Source: Camelus dromedarius | Lineage: Eukaryota | Direction: 5' to 3' | Length of the DNA stretch: 64,000 nucleotides | Assembly: GCF_036321535.1 (NCBI RefSeq) | Contig: NC_087437.1 | Span: forward strand, 27,964,001-28,028,000 | Shown here: in pieces, positions 14,401-27,293 of the stretch | Position numbering within the stretch: the first letter of the stretch is position 1 | Layout: each line of letters starts with the position of its first letter | Notes under the pieces: generated by a model | What the model saw: the letters and a program-made list of their open reading frames with translations, nothing else | Databases searched by the model: none | Told to the model about the DNA's origin: nothing | Translations under genes and position numbers: made by a program

Positions 14401-15142
14401 AGGTAAAGTACTATTGTGTGTGTGTGCACGTGTGCGTTTGTCTATGCTGGAGGGAAAGTCTATGGCTGGTGTGCCAGGCATTTCAAAATGGGTATGTACA
14501 TCCAAGTCCACACACTGACTTGCCAGAACCTCTCTCAAAATCTAGTTGCTTTTCTTTAGACTCTGTCTTAAATGTCAAAGAATATGGAGGTTTTGAGGAA
14601 CCATAGTATTTAGTGTTATGGTTTTAGAGAGTCAATACGTCTATTATTTTCTTTCTCCCCTGAATTATGAACTAATTGAAAAGTTATAAACAAAATTCAG
14701 GTAAATGTAAGTCAAAACATAATCATTATTTCTAAAGGTTTTGGAGAATGTGTATTTAGGTATTATTTAGGTATTGTTGATACATCACTTGAGTTAGATT
14801 ATCCCATCTGTGGTGTCTAGTAAACTTGCTGCCTGGAGAAGCAGAGCACAGTAGAATGCAACAGGCCACAAAAGGCTCTTGAGAGGATTCTTATGTACAG
14901 ACAGTAGGTGGCAGATGTTCCTCAGAACACCAATTAGCATAGTCATCTTTTTACCCTTGAAGAGACTGACTAAAGAGATTCTACTGCAGAATGTGTCCTG
15001 CTGATTCAAGTCCCTCTGCATAGAAACAGGGGTAGGAAATAAAGGTTCCTATGTTACACTCAAATCACGTATCTTTCCAAGTTCAGGGCAATATTGCTTT
15101 TTAACTACAGGGAGTACTTTGACATTTATTTCTTCATTTCAG

Positions 15143-15212
15143 AGCATATGGCTTTTGACTTCCTGAACAGATGGATGGCAGACAAACTTGATGCTGTTGT
15201 TGTGGGATTGGA
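15143..15212 (+). pseudogene. AADACL2: AADACL2-like exon 3 (70 bp)
   Basis: Acceptor tttcag at 15142. (K)HMAFDFLNRWMADKLDAVVVGL(D). Donor GTAAGA at 15213. Confidence 0.92.
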
Positions 15213-17057
15213 GTAAGAGAATGCTTTTCTTTGGCTACTGTGATTTTTGTCTTTATCAAGTAGAGATTTGACTTCCAAGTCAAGTCAGCTATGCCTCAAA
15301 TATAATTTTTTTAAAAATTAATGTATTTTATTTATCACCATTGCAACACAGAACATTCCTCAAAGGGGTTCAGTATCTCATTACTCTCCTATGATTGTGG
15401 GAAATTCTGAGTGACAACCTAGGGTGAGCATTTTTGGAAAAAACTGTTGCTCTAGACACATAAAACTCAGGTCCTATAAGGCCCTAATTATGCCCCAAGT
15501 AACATAGCTAGATAGGAGGGGAAAAAAATAAACAAAACATATTTGTGATGTTAGGCTGTATTGGGCTAATAATAAAATTTTTTATATTAGAATAATTCTT
15601 ATTTGGAAGTAATAAAGGAGGTAAAGGTTGGGATCTGCTGAGAATTTTAAGTCACTCTCAAAAAAGTGATCTTAAGATTCTTGCACTTTGCCACAGCATA
15701 CCAGAATGCCTTAAAACAGGTCAATATGTTCTAATTCGTGCTGGTATATAGTCTGGATTTCTGAAGTGGCTATTCTTAGGAGGAATTTTTTCTTCCCCCT
15801 CTTCCCTAGTCTGTAGTAACAAAAACTATCTTAAAGACTTCTAATCCAATTTTAGAGGACATAGTGACATAATTGTGTTTTGGTGGTGGTGGTGGTGGTT
15901 TTTTAGTTTTTAGGAAACTAAAGTGAAAATTTGATCATCTAAACAGTGATTGCAATCATTGTCATTACAGTTACTAATTAGTACAAAGAAGAACTTCCTG
16001 TCTTCAGGCATATTTCTAATTTATAACACTGAGATATTCTTTTTACCTCCATAGCTCTTCAAGTAATCTAAATCTTACCAATTTAAAATCTATTTTAATA
16101 TAGCGATATTTTTCTGTCTGGCTTAGTCTATCAAATCCTAATGACTGGTGGTGTTCTTTGCTCTAAAAAGACTGAATGTACTGCATTTAAAGTAATAGAT
16201 ACCAACGTCTTTTTGGTATATACGTATGTTTAAATTATACTTTGTTTAGGATTTTCTAAATACAATTCATAATAAATATTTAAGAATCATCTCACCAACA
16301 TTTAATGTTAAGTACAGATATTCACAAATTTTAGCCTTCTGAAGAACAAAAAGAAAAAGGTAGCCCTGAAAACAGGCCAAAAGAAGTATTCTCCTGTTAT
16401 TATAGGTCCCTGTATATGGGGGGGTGGGGGGGGAGTCCATTTGTATCCATTGAAGGAATGGTGTGACAGTTTATTTACAAATGAATTTTACCAGAAACAA
16501 GAAAGCTGCCTAGCATATTTAAATACTATTTATATTTCAAAATTTTTATCTAGAATCAACTCCTGGGCATTATCCATGATAAGGTATGTGCACTGCTAGA
16601 GTGTAGAATTTTTATCTAATGACCTTGAAAAAATAGGACACTTGCCTAGAGTATGGTCTCAGATCTGCTCCCTTCAAAAAATCCATGGTACTTAAAAAAA
16701 AAGTTTGGATTGCTAGTTACATTGAGAATATGATATAAGCAATAGAGCATCTCTAGGGCAAAATGTACTTGGACTAATATTTATGCTTATATTCTCAGGG
16801 AGTTTATAACACTCTCCTTACTACTTACATGTGATGCCATCCACAGACTTTAGATATAAGGTTGAAAACATTAATACCAATTTTTAGTTTTTCGTATATT
16901 AAAAAGTTAGTAGAACACTCAGGTTTGATTTTAGGAAGATTAAACAATAAAGCCTGGGGTTAAATTGTGTCTATTTGGTATTTGAAAGCTACATGGACAG
17001 ATATAGCCATAAATGGTACTTTTAAAAATTGTTTACATAAATTGTTCTTTTTTAAAG

Positions 17058-17227
17058 CTATAGACTAGCTCCTCAACACCACTTTCCTGCTCAGCTTGAA
17101 GATAGCATCACTGCTATCAAGTTTTTCCTTCAGGATAAAATTCTTACAAGTATGGAGTGGATCTCACTTGAATCTGTATTGCAGGAGATAGTGCTGGGGC
17201 ACTTTAACAGCAGCGGTGACTCAGTCG
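17058..17227 (+). pseudogene. AADACL2: AADACL2-like exon 4 (170 bp) containing the GDSAG nucleophile motif, two frameshifts and a stop
   Basis: Acceptor tttaaag at 17057. YRLAPQHHFPAQLEDSITAIKFFLQDKILT / frameshift ~17149 / YGVDLT*ICIAGDSAG / frameshift ~17199 / TLTAAVTQS. Donor GT at 17228. Confidence 0.92.
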
Positions 17228-17244
17228 GTACATTAGTTTTGTCT

Positions 17245-19680
17245 TTAAACTGGGAGGTAGAGGTCAAAGCTCACTATTTTTCCCATGCACATACCCAGTT
17301 CTTCCAACACCATTTGTTGAAAAGACGATCCTTATCTCATTGGATTACAGTGATGCTTAAGTCTAAAATCAACTGACCATAATGTTACTGTTTCTGACTT
17401 CTCTCTTCTGTTCCATGGGTCTACATGTCTATCCTTATGCTAATACCATGCTGACTTCAGCTTCTTTTTTTTTTCCAAAATTGTTTCTAGTACTCCATAT
17501 CTTTTCCATCAAATATTAGGATATTTTGTCAATTCCTAAAGGCTACTAGAATTTTGATTTGTATTGCATTAAATCTATAAATCTGGGGAGGACTGACATC
17601 TTAATAATATTGATACTTCCAATTAATGCATATAGTCCTCTTTAATTTCCTCACTAATATTTTACTATTTTCAGTGTAGAAGTCTTGCAAATCTTTTCTC
17701 AGATTTATTCTTGAGTTATTTTGAATAAATTTCATCTAAAATAATATTTTCCAAATGTTTACTGACAGTACATAGAAATACATTTGATTTTTACTTTGGC
17801 CTTTCCAATCATATCCTTGAAAGTTTCAAGTATAAATTCTAGTTTGATACAATAAATCTCCTAGAAGAAAATATAGGCAAAACAATATCTCACATACATC
17901 TCAAAAATGTTCTCCTAGGCCAGTCTACCCAAGCAATAGAAATAAAAGAAAGACTAAACAAATGAGACCTAATTAAATTTACAAGCTTCTGCACAGCAAA
18001 GGAAACCATAAACAAAACAAAATACAACCTACGGAATGGGAGAAAATTTTTGCAAAAGATGAAACTGACAAAGGCTTCATCTCCAGAATATATAAGCAAC
18101 TCATACAACTTAATAAAAAAAACAAACAACCCAATCCAAAAATGGGCAGAAGACCTAAACAAGCAATTCTCCAAGACATACAAATGATCAATAGGCACAT
18201 GAAAAAATGCTCAATATCACTAATTATTAGAGAAATGCAAATCAAAACTACAATGAGGTATCACCTAACACCAGTCAGAATGGCCATCATTCCAAAGTCC
18301 ACAAATGACAGATGCTGGAAAGACTGTGGAGAAAGGGGAACCCTCCTACACTGCTGGTGGGAATGTAGTTTGGTGCAGCCACTGTGGAAAACTATGGAAA
18401 TTCATCAAAGACTAGGAATAGACTTACCATATGACCCAGGAATCCTGCTCCTGGACATATATCCACAAGGAACCCTACTTCAAAAAGACAGCTGCACCCC
18501 AATGTTCATAGCAGCTCTATTTACAACATCCAAGACATGGAAACAGCCTAAATATCCATCAACAGATGACTGGATAAAGCAAAAGTGGTATATTTATACA
18601 ATGGAATACTATTTGGCCATAAAAATGACAACATAATGCCATTTGCAGCAACATGGATGTCCCTAGAGAATGTCATTCTAAGTGAAGTAAGCCAGAAAGA
18701 GAAAGAAAAATACCATATGAGATCGCTTATATGTGGAATCTAAAAAAAAAAAAAGAAGAAAGAACATAAATACAAAACAGAAACAGACTCACAGACATAG
18801 AATATAAACTTGTAGTTGCCAAGGGGGTGGGTGGTGGGAAGGGACAGACTGGGAGTTCAAAATTTGTAGATACTGACAGGCATATTCAGAATAAATAAAC
18901 AAGATTATACTGTATAGCACAGGGAAATATATACAAGATCTTGTGGTAGATCACAGCAAAAAAGAATGTGACAAGGAATATATGTATGTCCATGTATAAC
19001 TGAAAAATTGTGCTCTACACTGGAAATTGACACAACATTGTAAACTGACTATAACTCAATTTTAAAAAGTTTAAAAAAATAAATTCTAGTTTATCTATTT
19101 TTTTTTAACATTTTCTAGGATTTCCTACACATTCATCTCTTCTGTAACTGGAGACAGTTTTAATTCTTCCTTTTCAATCTTTATGCTTTTATTTTCCCTT
19201 CTTGATTAGTGCACTGACGAGGGCTTCTAGGACAATATTGAAAAAAGTTATTTTGCTCTGGATCTTAGGAGGAAATTGTTTAATACTTCACTAATAAACA
19301 TCTGAAGACTTTTCATAGTTGGCTTTTTTGAGATTGAAAGTCCCTTCTATTCCTAGTTTGCTGATAGTTTTTGCATAAATGGATATTTGCTAAATGTTTT
19401 TACTGCATCTATTGAGATGACTGTGTGATTTTTCTCCTTTATGCTTTTAATGGGTAATTTATGCCAACTGACTTTCAGATCTTAAATTATGCTTGCATTC
19501 CAGGCATGAGCCTTACTTGTTTATAATGAATTGAAATTTTAATATATTGTTGGTTTTCATTTCCTAAAATTAAAGATTTTGTTTTTGAGGGATTTATTTC
19601 TATTTATTAAACATTCTTTGTCAGGTTTTGACGTAAGGGTTACATTGGCGTCATTAAATCATTTGGGAAGCAATCCAATT
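17245..19680 (-). mobile_element. Old L1 ORF2 fragment (host of the young L1)
   Basis: Antisense L1 signatures such as caacaccatttgttgaaaagac and ttttactgcatctattgagatga on both sides of the young insertion. Confidence 0.75.
17846..19078 (+). mobile_element. Young 5'-truncated L1 (ORF2 C-terminus + 3' UTR)
   Basis: ORF 18142-18636 has L1 ORF2 motifs ([33 protein letters not shown]). Perfect 14-bp TSD ATAAATTCTAGTTT at 17832-17845 and 19079-19092. Confidence 0.93.
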
Positions 19681-21559
19681 CTTCTTTTAAAAGAAAAATC
19701 CTTTCCTCTTAAGTTTGAAAATAAAATACTGAGGGTTGGAGCACTTAGAGGAAGATTATACATACATGCATATATATTTTTATATATACATGGACACATG
19801 CAAATATATATACACACACACACACACACATACACATACATATACAAATACATAAACCTACATGTTTATATCGATCTGTAACATCACATACACCTACACA
19901 TACAAAGCCCTATTGTGGAGCCAGAATGGCACAGCTTCACCTTTGGCTGTGCACCCCAGAACCTTCCTTCAACCCAAGATAATCCACTTTAATCCCCATT
20001 TCATATTTATAGTTCTATATAAATTTTCTTAGGGGAAAAAAATAAAAGAAAATTTCATTATCCAAAAGCAGGTGTGCAAACCATTAAACTTATTGACTCC
20101 TGAGGTCTCTTCCAACCTGAACTAATTTGCAGCATGTTTGAATAATATGTCACTTATTGGAAAGATCTTGCTGAGGTGGGGTGGAAAGTGTGGTAGAGAA
20201 TGAAAGTTGAAGACTGACTCCTCTTTCAGATTATTATACCAATTGCTATGCCAAGTCATATAGCAATCTGATGTTGAACTTTATCCAAAGTGGGTATTGT
20301 GGCTGTAGAGATTCTGAAAACTGTCCTACAATTACCCAAGAATCATCAAGCAACACCTTGACACATCTATAATTTCTGTTTGCACATTGAAATATTTGCT
20401 TGGCTGTGTAAGTAATGAAAGTTTTTGAATGATAATTAGGTGTAGCCACAGAGATTTATGAAAATTTGAAGACCTGCCTTTCAGCTTTCTAGCAGGACAA
20501 TCCCAAATATTAACACAGCCACCTAAACCAGATGCAATTGTAATATCTGTAGGGCAGCACAAATTTTTCTTTTGAAGTGAATTAAAATTTGACATTATTC
20601 CAATCTTTGAATTAATTAATTATACAAGAAGATAGTATCTCTTTAACATTCTGATCTGTTCAAAGAGATTCCTACAGTTGAAAATAGTGCATCAGAACTC
20701 AGTATGCTTAAGTAACATAAAAAGATTATTTCCTTTACCTTTTCCTGTTTATTTTTATGACCATACTTTAAGTTACTTGTTCTTCACGGTCTGCTAAACT
20801 TTCTACTGGCGTTATATTTTAATCAAAAAGTTTTACTCCCTGTAATAGGTTTATTCTAATTTTGTTTTTTCCAATTTGGGTTGTCTCTTTCTTTATCAGT
20901 GGGAACAATAGTTCACAATTACAATGTAATTAATTTGCTACTTGCATGCTTGCCTCATAAAGGATGAATGAACTATAGCTGTTTCAGGGTCACAGAATTT
21001 TAGATTCTAGTTTGTGCATGATTATGCTGAGGATGCATTTAATGAGGCATTATTTTCCTTAAGTAGCCAGGTTTTTTGTTTTTGTTTTTGTTTTTTACAT
21101 GGAAGTTTAAGGGTAAGGGACACTTAACATTAGTCAGGTAAAGAATAATATGTAAGGAATTTCTATTTCTCTGTCTCTGTCTCTCTTTCCCTGGTCTCCT
21201 CTCTTCCAAGAGACCTCTATCTGGAAATCAGTTTTGATTCACATGTTTATTTTTAAGTCTATTGTCTATGAATATATGAAATATATTTTCTTAAAGAGAT
21301 AATGGACAGTGGGTACTAGATATGCACTTCTTTTAAATCCTGTATTATTTCCGAAACCAACAGACAAATCAACCAACCAACCATCAAACACAATCCCTCT
21401 GTGTATATTTATGTGTTTACTCTCTTCTCCTGTTTCTTTTACCTCTGCTGGGTTACTTCCCTCTCACCTCCCACCTCTTCAGGGATCTTTTCCTAAGAGT
21501 TATTTTCTTTCTTTCCAGTATCTTTAAAAATCTCTTACTTTATTTGTTCTTCTACCTTA

Positions 21560-22400
21560 GCACATAATCATATCTTGGTTTTCTCATCTTAAAGTTAAAA
21601 CAAAAAGAAAGACAATCTTAATAAACCTTTCTTAACCATTTATCCAATCTTCTGTCCATCACTCGCCTTTCCTTTTGTACCCAACTTCAATTAAAAATAA
21701 ATTATACTCTTTTTCTACATACTCATAATGTATACCCTCCTCAATCTATCACTTCATGTTTTGCCCTGGCCATTCATTTTAACTTGCTGTGGCTAAGTTT
21801 GTCAACCATCTACCATCTTTTTTTTTTTTCCCCCTAAATCTAAGGGTATTTTTTGTGCTTGTTCTTTCTATACAACTTCTTTTCCTCATTTAAAACTCCT
21901 GCCAACTTTTGTCTTAGAGAACCCTTTCTTCCAATGAGGTCTATAAAAGAACTGTCTCTCTGTCCTCTCCTTACTTCTCTTCCATCCAGTTTTATGTGAG
22001 ATAAAGTCCTTCTCTGAACATCCCTTTAAATCTGGTATCTCCAGGGCTCAACCCTTGGTCATTCTATCTTTTCTCCCATTTACTGCCTAGTCTCCTAGGT
22101 TCAGCTCTGATTCATCTGTGGAACACTCTCTAATCTATGCCTTCTACTGAGACCATTGTTATTAGTTCAAAACCCATAAATCCAAAAAGATTTCCCCATC
22201 TGCATGTTCCAAAGCACCAGAAACTCCTACAGACCAATCTCTTCTATATCACCTCTATATTACCTGAAGCAGTTTATACACAGTTACCATCTAGTGATCA
22301 TCTTAGTATTTGCTGCATGTGCATATCCCCAATTAGACTCTAAGGGTTTTGGAATCTGGGACAGTAATTTTTATTAACCTTTATATTTCAAAACCCTGGC
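21560..22400 (+). mobile_element. Degraded L2 LINE
   Basis: C/T-rich; L2 3'-end motif ttagactctaagg...ctgggacag...cctggcagcatacc. Confidence 0.5.
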
Positions 22401-23589
22401 AGCATACCTATACTTCTGCCTTCTTCCTCCACCCTTCAGAATATCCCAGGTCCTCCTCTCTTACATCTGTTTCACCTGATTAGCTACTTTTTTTAACCTG
22501 TCCCACTGTGTAACAGAACGCAGTCTCACAGATTATCCTCAATGGGTCTTTGTAGGAAAAAATTAGAGATTAAAGAAAGACACTACCCTGTACACTGCTG
22601 GAACAGGCAGTAACTGATTGCTCACTTTTAGAAGTAGGTTGGTTTTGCTTTTTTCCTGAGAAGAGTGTGGGTGGATTCATTTCGTCTCCTCCTTGCTTAT
22701 CCAATCAGTTTCTTTCCTTCTTTGGCTCTTGGTCCAAAAAAATACAGGAAAAGTCCATAAATGTTATATCAGAAGAATGTATAGTGAGCAATGAGGTTAC
22801 AAAGGTTAGTGGGGCAAATCATGGAAGGGCCCTGTGAGATTTGTTTCCTTGACTCCAAGGGCATTGTGAAGTTATTGAAAAGTCTCAATCACACTTGTAC
22901 TTTTAAAACATACCGTTGTTACAAAACGGAGAATAGGCTGGAAGGTGAGAAAGAGTGGAAAGAGAGCATAAGGGAAAGAACTACAATACTTTGAGCAATA
23001 GAGTGCTGTGAATTTAAGACTGTGGCAATAGGAATGGAGAAAAGAAGATGGATTAGTGAAATAAACTCACAACATCACTTGCCTTCTAGACATAACTCCT
23101 TTGTAATCTAGCTCAGATCAATTCAGAACAGTATTCCATTTGGATTACATGCACTAGTACTGTTAGTTTTCTCACATAACTCTCTAGAGGTCTTTTCTAA
23201 AAGTTTCTCATTGATTTCAATAACTGGGACAACTTTTTCAAGCCCGTGCCTATGTGGAGGAGAGTTCACAGAAGTGTGCTCCAAGCCTCATTTCGAGACA
23301 CAATCACCAACTTTGTTCCAGGAAGATTATCTGAATGTATCTTTGTTTAACGCCCTGTCCAGAAGGAAGTACTCTCTTCTTTTTTCATCACATTTGTTGT
23401 ATTCACTGAAGTTAAAGCAGCACGTACCCAAACCAAGAATATGGCTGGCTCCACCTTGCAATATGCAAATTTTCTCATGGCACTTTTTCAAACGTAATAT
23501 ATATATATGAAAAAAAATAAATATACAAGTATCGTCATCGAAACTTACTTCAATTCACTTGCATCAGAAATCACCTTCACCACCTAGGA

Positions 23590-24190
23590 TTTGCACGTAG
23601 CAGCAGCGATAGCGTTGGACACACGTAAAGCCACCATCAGCAATGCCACCACCGGCACCGCTCTGGGCTCCGGAGGCCCAGGTGGGTGAGCCCGGCCTCA
23701 GCCCTGCTTCCGCCGTGCCTGTGCTGCCTTCGCGTCAGACCTTCGTGTGCTTCCGCGAGCCGAGTTGCGCCGTGCAGCGTGCGTGCGTGCGTGCGTGCAG
23801 ATGAGCGTGCGTGCGCGCGCGCGGCTCCAACGCGGTGACGTCATCGTGGTGCCCAGTGGCCTGTGAGATTGCTGCTGAGGCGCTTTTCTTCCCCTGCCCA
23901 CCACGGTAATTGCAAGGGCGGGGGCGTTTTGCCACATAGCAGTCTTTTTATGAATCGGAAGCATTCACATCAACTGCTGTCCGTGTGATGTATCTTCGGC
24001 TTTTATGTAAACTTACTGAGAACATCTGCTTTCAATTTTATGTGCTTTTTGCCTGTTTTGCCTCATCTCAAATCATTCTGTTCACTGACCTCCCTGCAGC
24101 TTGCACCCGATAAGAGGCCTGAGCTACTGCCTCACTTCAAAAAGGCGCCGGTTGACGTACGTTGTCGTTCCTGTTTTCACAAGGTATGGC
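23590..24190. promoter_or_regulatory. Orphan CpG island / probable promoter
   Basis: The only CpG-dense stretch in the window. Full CRE TGACGTCA 23836-23843, ETS-type CTTCCG at ~23707 and ~23750, GC box GGGCGGGG 23916-23923, (GCGT)n/(GC)n tract 23777-23823. Confidence 0.75.
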
Positions 24191-25424
24191 TTGCACAGTA
24201 GGGTCAAATGTATATGCTTTTATATTCCACCACCTTTGTGCTATTTATTGTTACACCTTTTCCCAATAATGTGAATATTTGGACATTAATTCCGTCATAA
24301 AATAAGCGTGTAAAATATTACCAAAGAGACAAAGGGAAGTATTTAACCAAATCGCTGGTGTCACAGTAATTTTATGAATATAGATGTGTATATGTTTAGA
24401 TGTGTGTATGCGTGGGGTGTGTTTGTGTGTATAACATTTTGGGTAAACAAAGATGTAAATGTACATTAGAATGTTTCTCTAAGATTAAAAAAGGCTTATG
24501 CTTTAACCACTTATGAAAAACAAAAATGAGAGGTAAGTAAATCAAAAGCTTATAATGTTTGATGACCAATAAGACAAATAACCCTCATCTAGGTTCACAG
24601 AATTTAAAAAATACAATATTAGGAATGAAAAAGGGCATAGGAAATATTAAAATAATTATAAGCGACTGCTGTAGGCCAATGAGGGTAAAATATTTAAAAA
24701 CCTAAAAAGCATGGGTAAGATACAAGTAGCTGAAAAAGAAAATGAAGGGTGGGAGGGGATATATTTGGGAGTTTGAGATTTACAAATGAAAATTTACAAA
24801 TTTACAGTTGAAATTGTAAGTAGGAAGTGATGCCTGTTATCACTAATATTTATTCCTTGGATAAAATACCTGAAATTGATATTGATATTTCATTTCAAAG
24901 CCAGGACAACAGAGTGCTTATCAACATTTCTAGCTAACATCTCTATCTCCTTTTCTTCATTCTGAGAGTCCTTGTTCTCATGTACACTGGAGATGATAGA
25001 GTTATAATATATAATTGTTCACCTGCTTTATCCTGTATTATACAGAAATTGTTTCCAGAATAATGCTATCACCAGCAGTGTGTTTTTTTTTTAAGGCTTT
25101 AGAGTTATTTGCATGGGCTCTCCCTATTTGCTTCCCATTTTTTAAAATAAATCTTATATTTTGATTTTTAGATTTTCAGAAAGTTCAGAGTACAGAGAAA
25201 TCCTATATACCTCTCAGCCATTTTTGACATCTTACATAACCATAATATATTTCTCAAAACTAAGAAACCAACATTAGAATATTACTCTTGACTAAACTCC
25301 AGACTATTTAGAGTTCACAAGTTTTTTTTTCCAATAATGTCCTTTTTCTATTCCAGGAGCTAATCCAGGATACCATCTTATATTTAGTTGTCATGTCTGT
25401 TCAGTCTCCTCTGGTCTGTCATAG

Positions 25425-25882
25425 TGTTAGTTTGAAACCCAGGAGCTTCCTGTAATTTGAAACTGGGTCTAATCTGAAACCTGCCCCAAACATGGATGGC
25501 AGGGAGAGATCAAAAAAATAGTCAGATCACTTCAGATTCCTGGGTAGCAGGTTTAATAAGCAAGAAAACTTAACTTTTTGAGGCTTGTTTTGTGCAGTCA
25601 CATGACGAGTAGATTTCTGCACCTGCCAGCCAGAATCATGAAAGGCTTACATTAGAGGCTTTTCATAGAGGCCTTAACTGAATTAAGTCACACCCACAGT
25701 CCAGACAAGTCTCATCAACACATTACGATCTCTAGTCTGTGCTTGCAGCAGCTTCTAGAAGCAGCAAAAGCAAATGGGAAGCATATACCAAAGACAGGAG
25801 TGGGTGTGAGGAGCCGCCAACTATCAGGGCCCAGCTCACCATGAAACCAGCGGTCACATTTTCTTGATGACCACCTCTAGCA
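25425..25882 (-). mobile_element. Solo LTR (ERVL-type, 5-bp TSD) inside an old L1 3' UTR (~25140-26640)
   Basis: TG...CA ends, CATAG/GATAG flanks; host L1MC-like sequence continues on both sides. Confidence 0.7.
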
Positions 25883-26743
25883 GATAGTTTCTCAGACTTT
25901 GTTTTTCATGACCTTGAGAGTTCTGAGGCGTACTGGTTAAGTATTTTGTAGAATGTTCCTCAATTTGGATTTATCTTATGTTTTCTCATCATCATACTGT
26001 ACTATGAGCTTTTGGAAGGAAGACTGCAGTCTTCATATTATCATATCAGGGGATACAATGCTGTCAACATAACTTGTAACTGAGGATATTAACCTTATTC
26101 ATTTGGCCAAAGTAGCTTTTGTAAGTGTCTACGCTGTAAAGTTACTTTTCCCTCCATTTTTCCATACTCCTGTTCTTTAGAAGCAAGTCATTAAGTCCAG
26201 CCACACCCAAGGAGTAGGGAGAATTAAACTCTACCTCCTGCAGGGAAAGATATACATCATTTATTTGGAATTCTTTGGTGGGGAAAATTTGTCTCTTCTC
26301 TCCCATTTGTTTATTTAGTCAATCATATACTTGTGTCAGTAGGGGCTTACATACATTTGTTTTGTATTTAAGTTATAAACTAGTACTATATTATTTATTT
26401 CGATGCTCAAATTGTTCCAGCTTTGGTCACTGACAGCTTTTTCAGTTTGGCTCTTGTGTGCCTTTGACATGCTCTATTCTTCTGATTTTTGAGCACTCTT
26501 ATTTCTGGCACCACAAGAAGCTTCAGGCTTATTTTGTATTTATCCTGCCTTGTCCAAGCACAACCCAGTTCTTCAGTGAGCCCTGGTTTCTTTTATTGGA
26601 TAATGATATTTAGAAATAAACATCTGGGGATATGTATTCTCACTGCTACATTTTTTTTCTTAATAGGTGTACTCTAGCTACATATTCCTAGCATGTAGAC
26701 CTTGTATGCTATACTCTGTCATGGCCACATTTGTTCCTACTCA

Positions 26744-27293
26744 TGTTACCAACTCACTGTGAGGCCAAACAAACCAAAACATCAGATTTTTGGAGCAGAG
26801 AAAGGTTTATTACAGGGCCACGCAAAGAAGACAGGCAGCTCGCACTCGAAAAAACCTGAACTCCACAATAGTTTCCGGGGAAAAGGTTTTATAGGCAAAA
26901 TTTGGCATGAGGGTTGCAGAGTGTGTGATTTTCTTCTGATTGGTTTGCGGTGAGGTAACAGGGTGGTGCCAGGGATCTTGTGCTGCACCTGAAGTTGCCA
27001 TCCTCCACCTGGGTAGGCGCCTTAGTTCCTCTAGAAGAAGTCAGAGATGTGGTTATGTATATGTATTCCTTGAGGAGGAACCAGAACCCTGCCCCAAGGC
27101 TGTGCAATTATTTCTTGACTATTCCCCCTTGTCTCTGCATCCCCTCCCTTCTCTGGTTAGCAACTGTTTGAATCTGCCCTTTGGAACTTGGGGAGGGTCA
27201 AGGAGGTTGAGTGAAGCCTATTTCTTACAAACGAGAAGCAGAGGACACAGAAAGGATTTGTACCAGGGAGGACCCCACTCCTGCTCCATTTCA
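26744..27293 (-). mobile_element. Solo LTR
   Basis: TG...CA ends; antisense poly(A) signal TTTATT at ~26806 and antisense TATA TTTTATAG at ~26887. Confidence 0.75.

Larger units (their letters stand above)
7291..17227 (+). pseudogene. AADACL2: AADACL2-like unprocessed pseudogene (exons 1-4; exon 5 not found)
   Basis: Four GT-AG exons (7291-7428, 10270-10492, 15143-15212, 17058-17227) translate to sequence collinear with recalled human AADACL2 (MGLKALCLGLLCVLF...IMRYEEFISM...AFDFLNRW...YRLAPQHHFPAQ...GDSxG). There are in-frame stops at 10444-10446 and 17169-17171 and two 1-bp deletions in exon 4. Confidence 0.93.

Noticed and set aside
18142..18636. Longest ORFs in the track (164 aa here; also 46224-46667 and 38143-38502) as host genes
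   Set aside because: They are L1 ORF2 fragments.
23698..23964. Arg/Ala-rich minus-strand ORFs over the CpG island
   Set aside because: Explained by GC-richness and the (GCAC)n tract; no recognisable domain.
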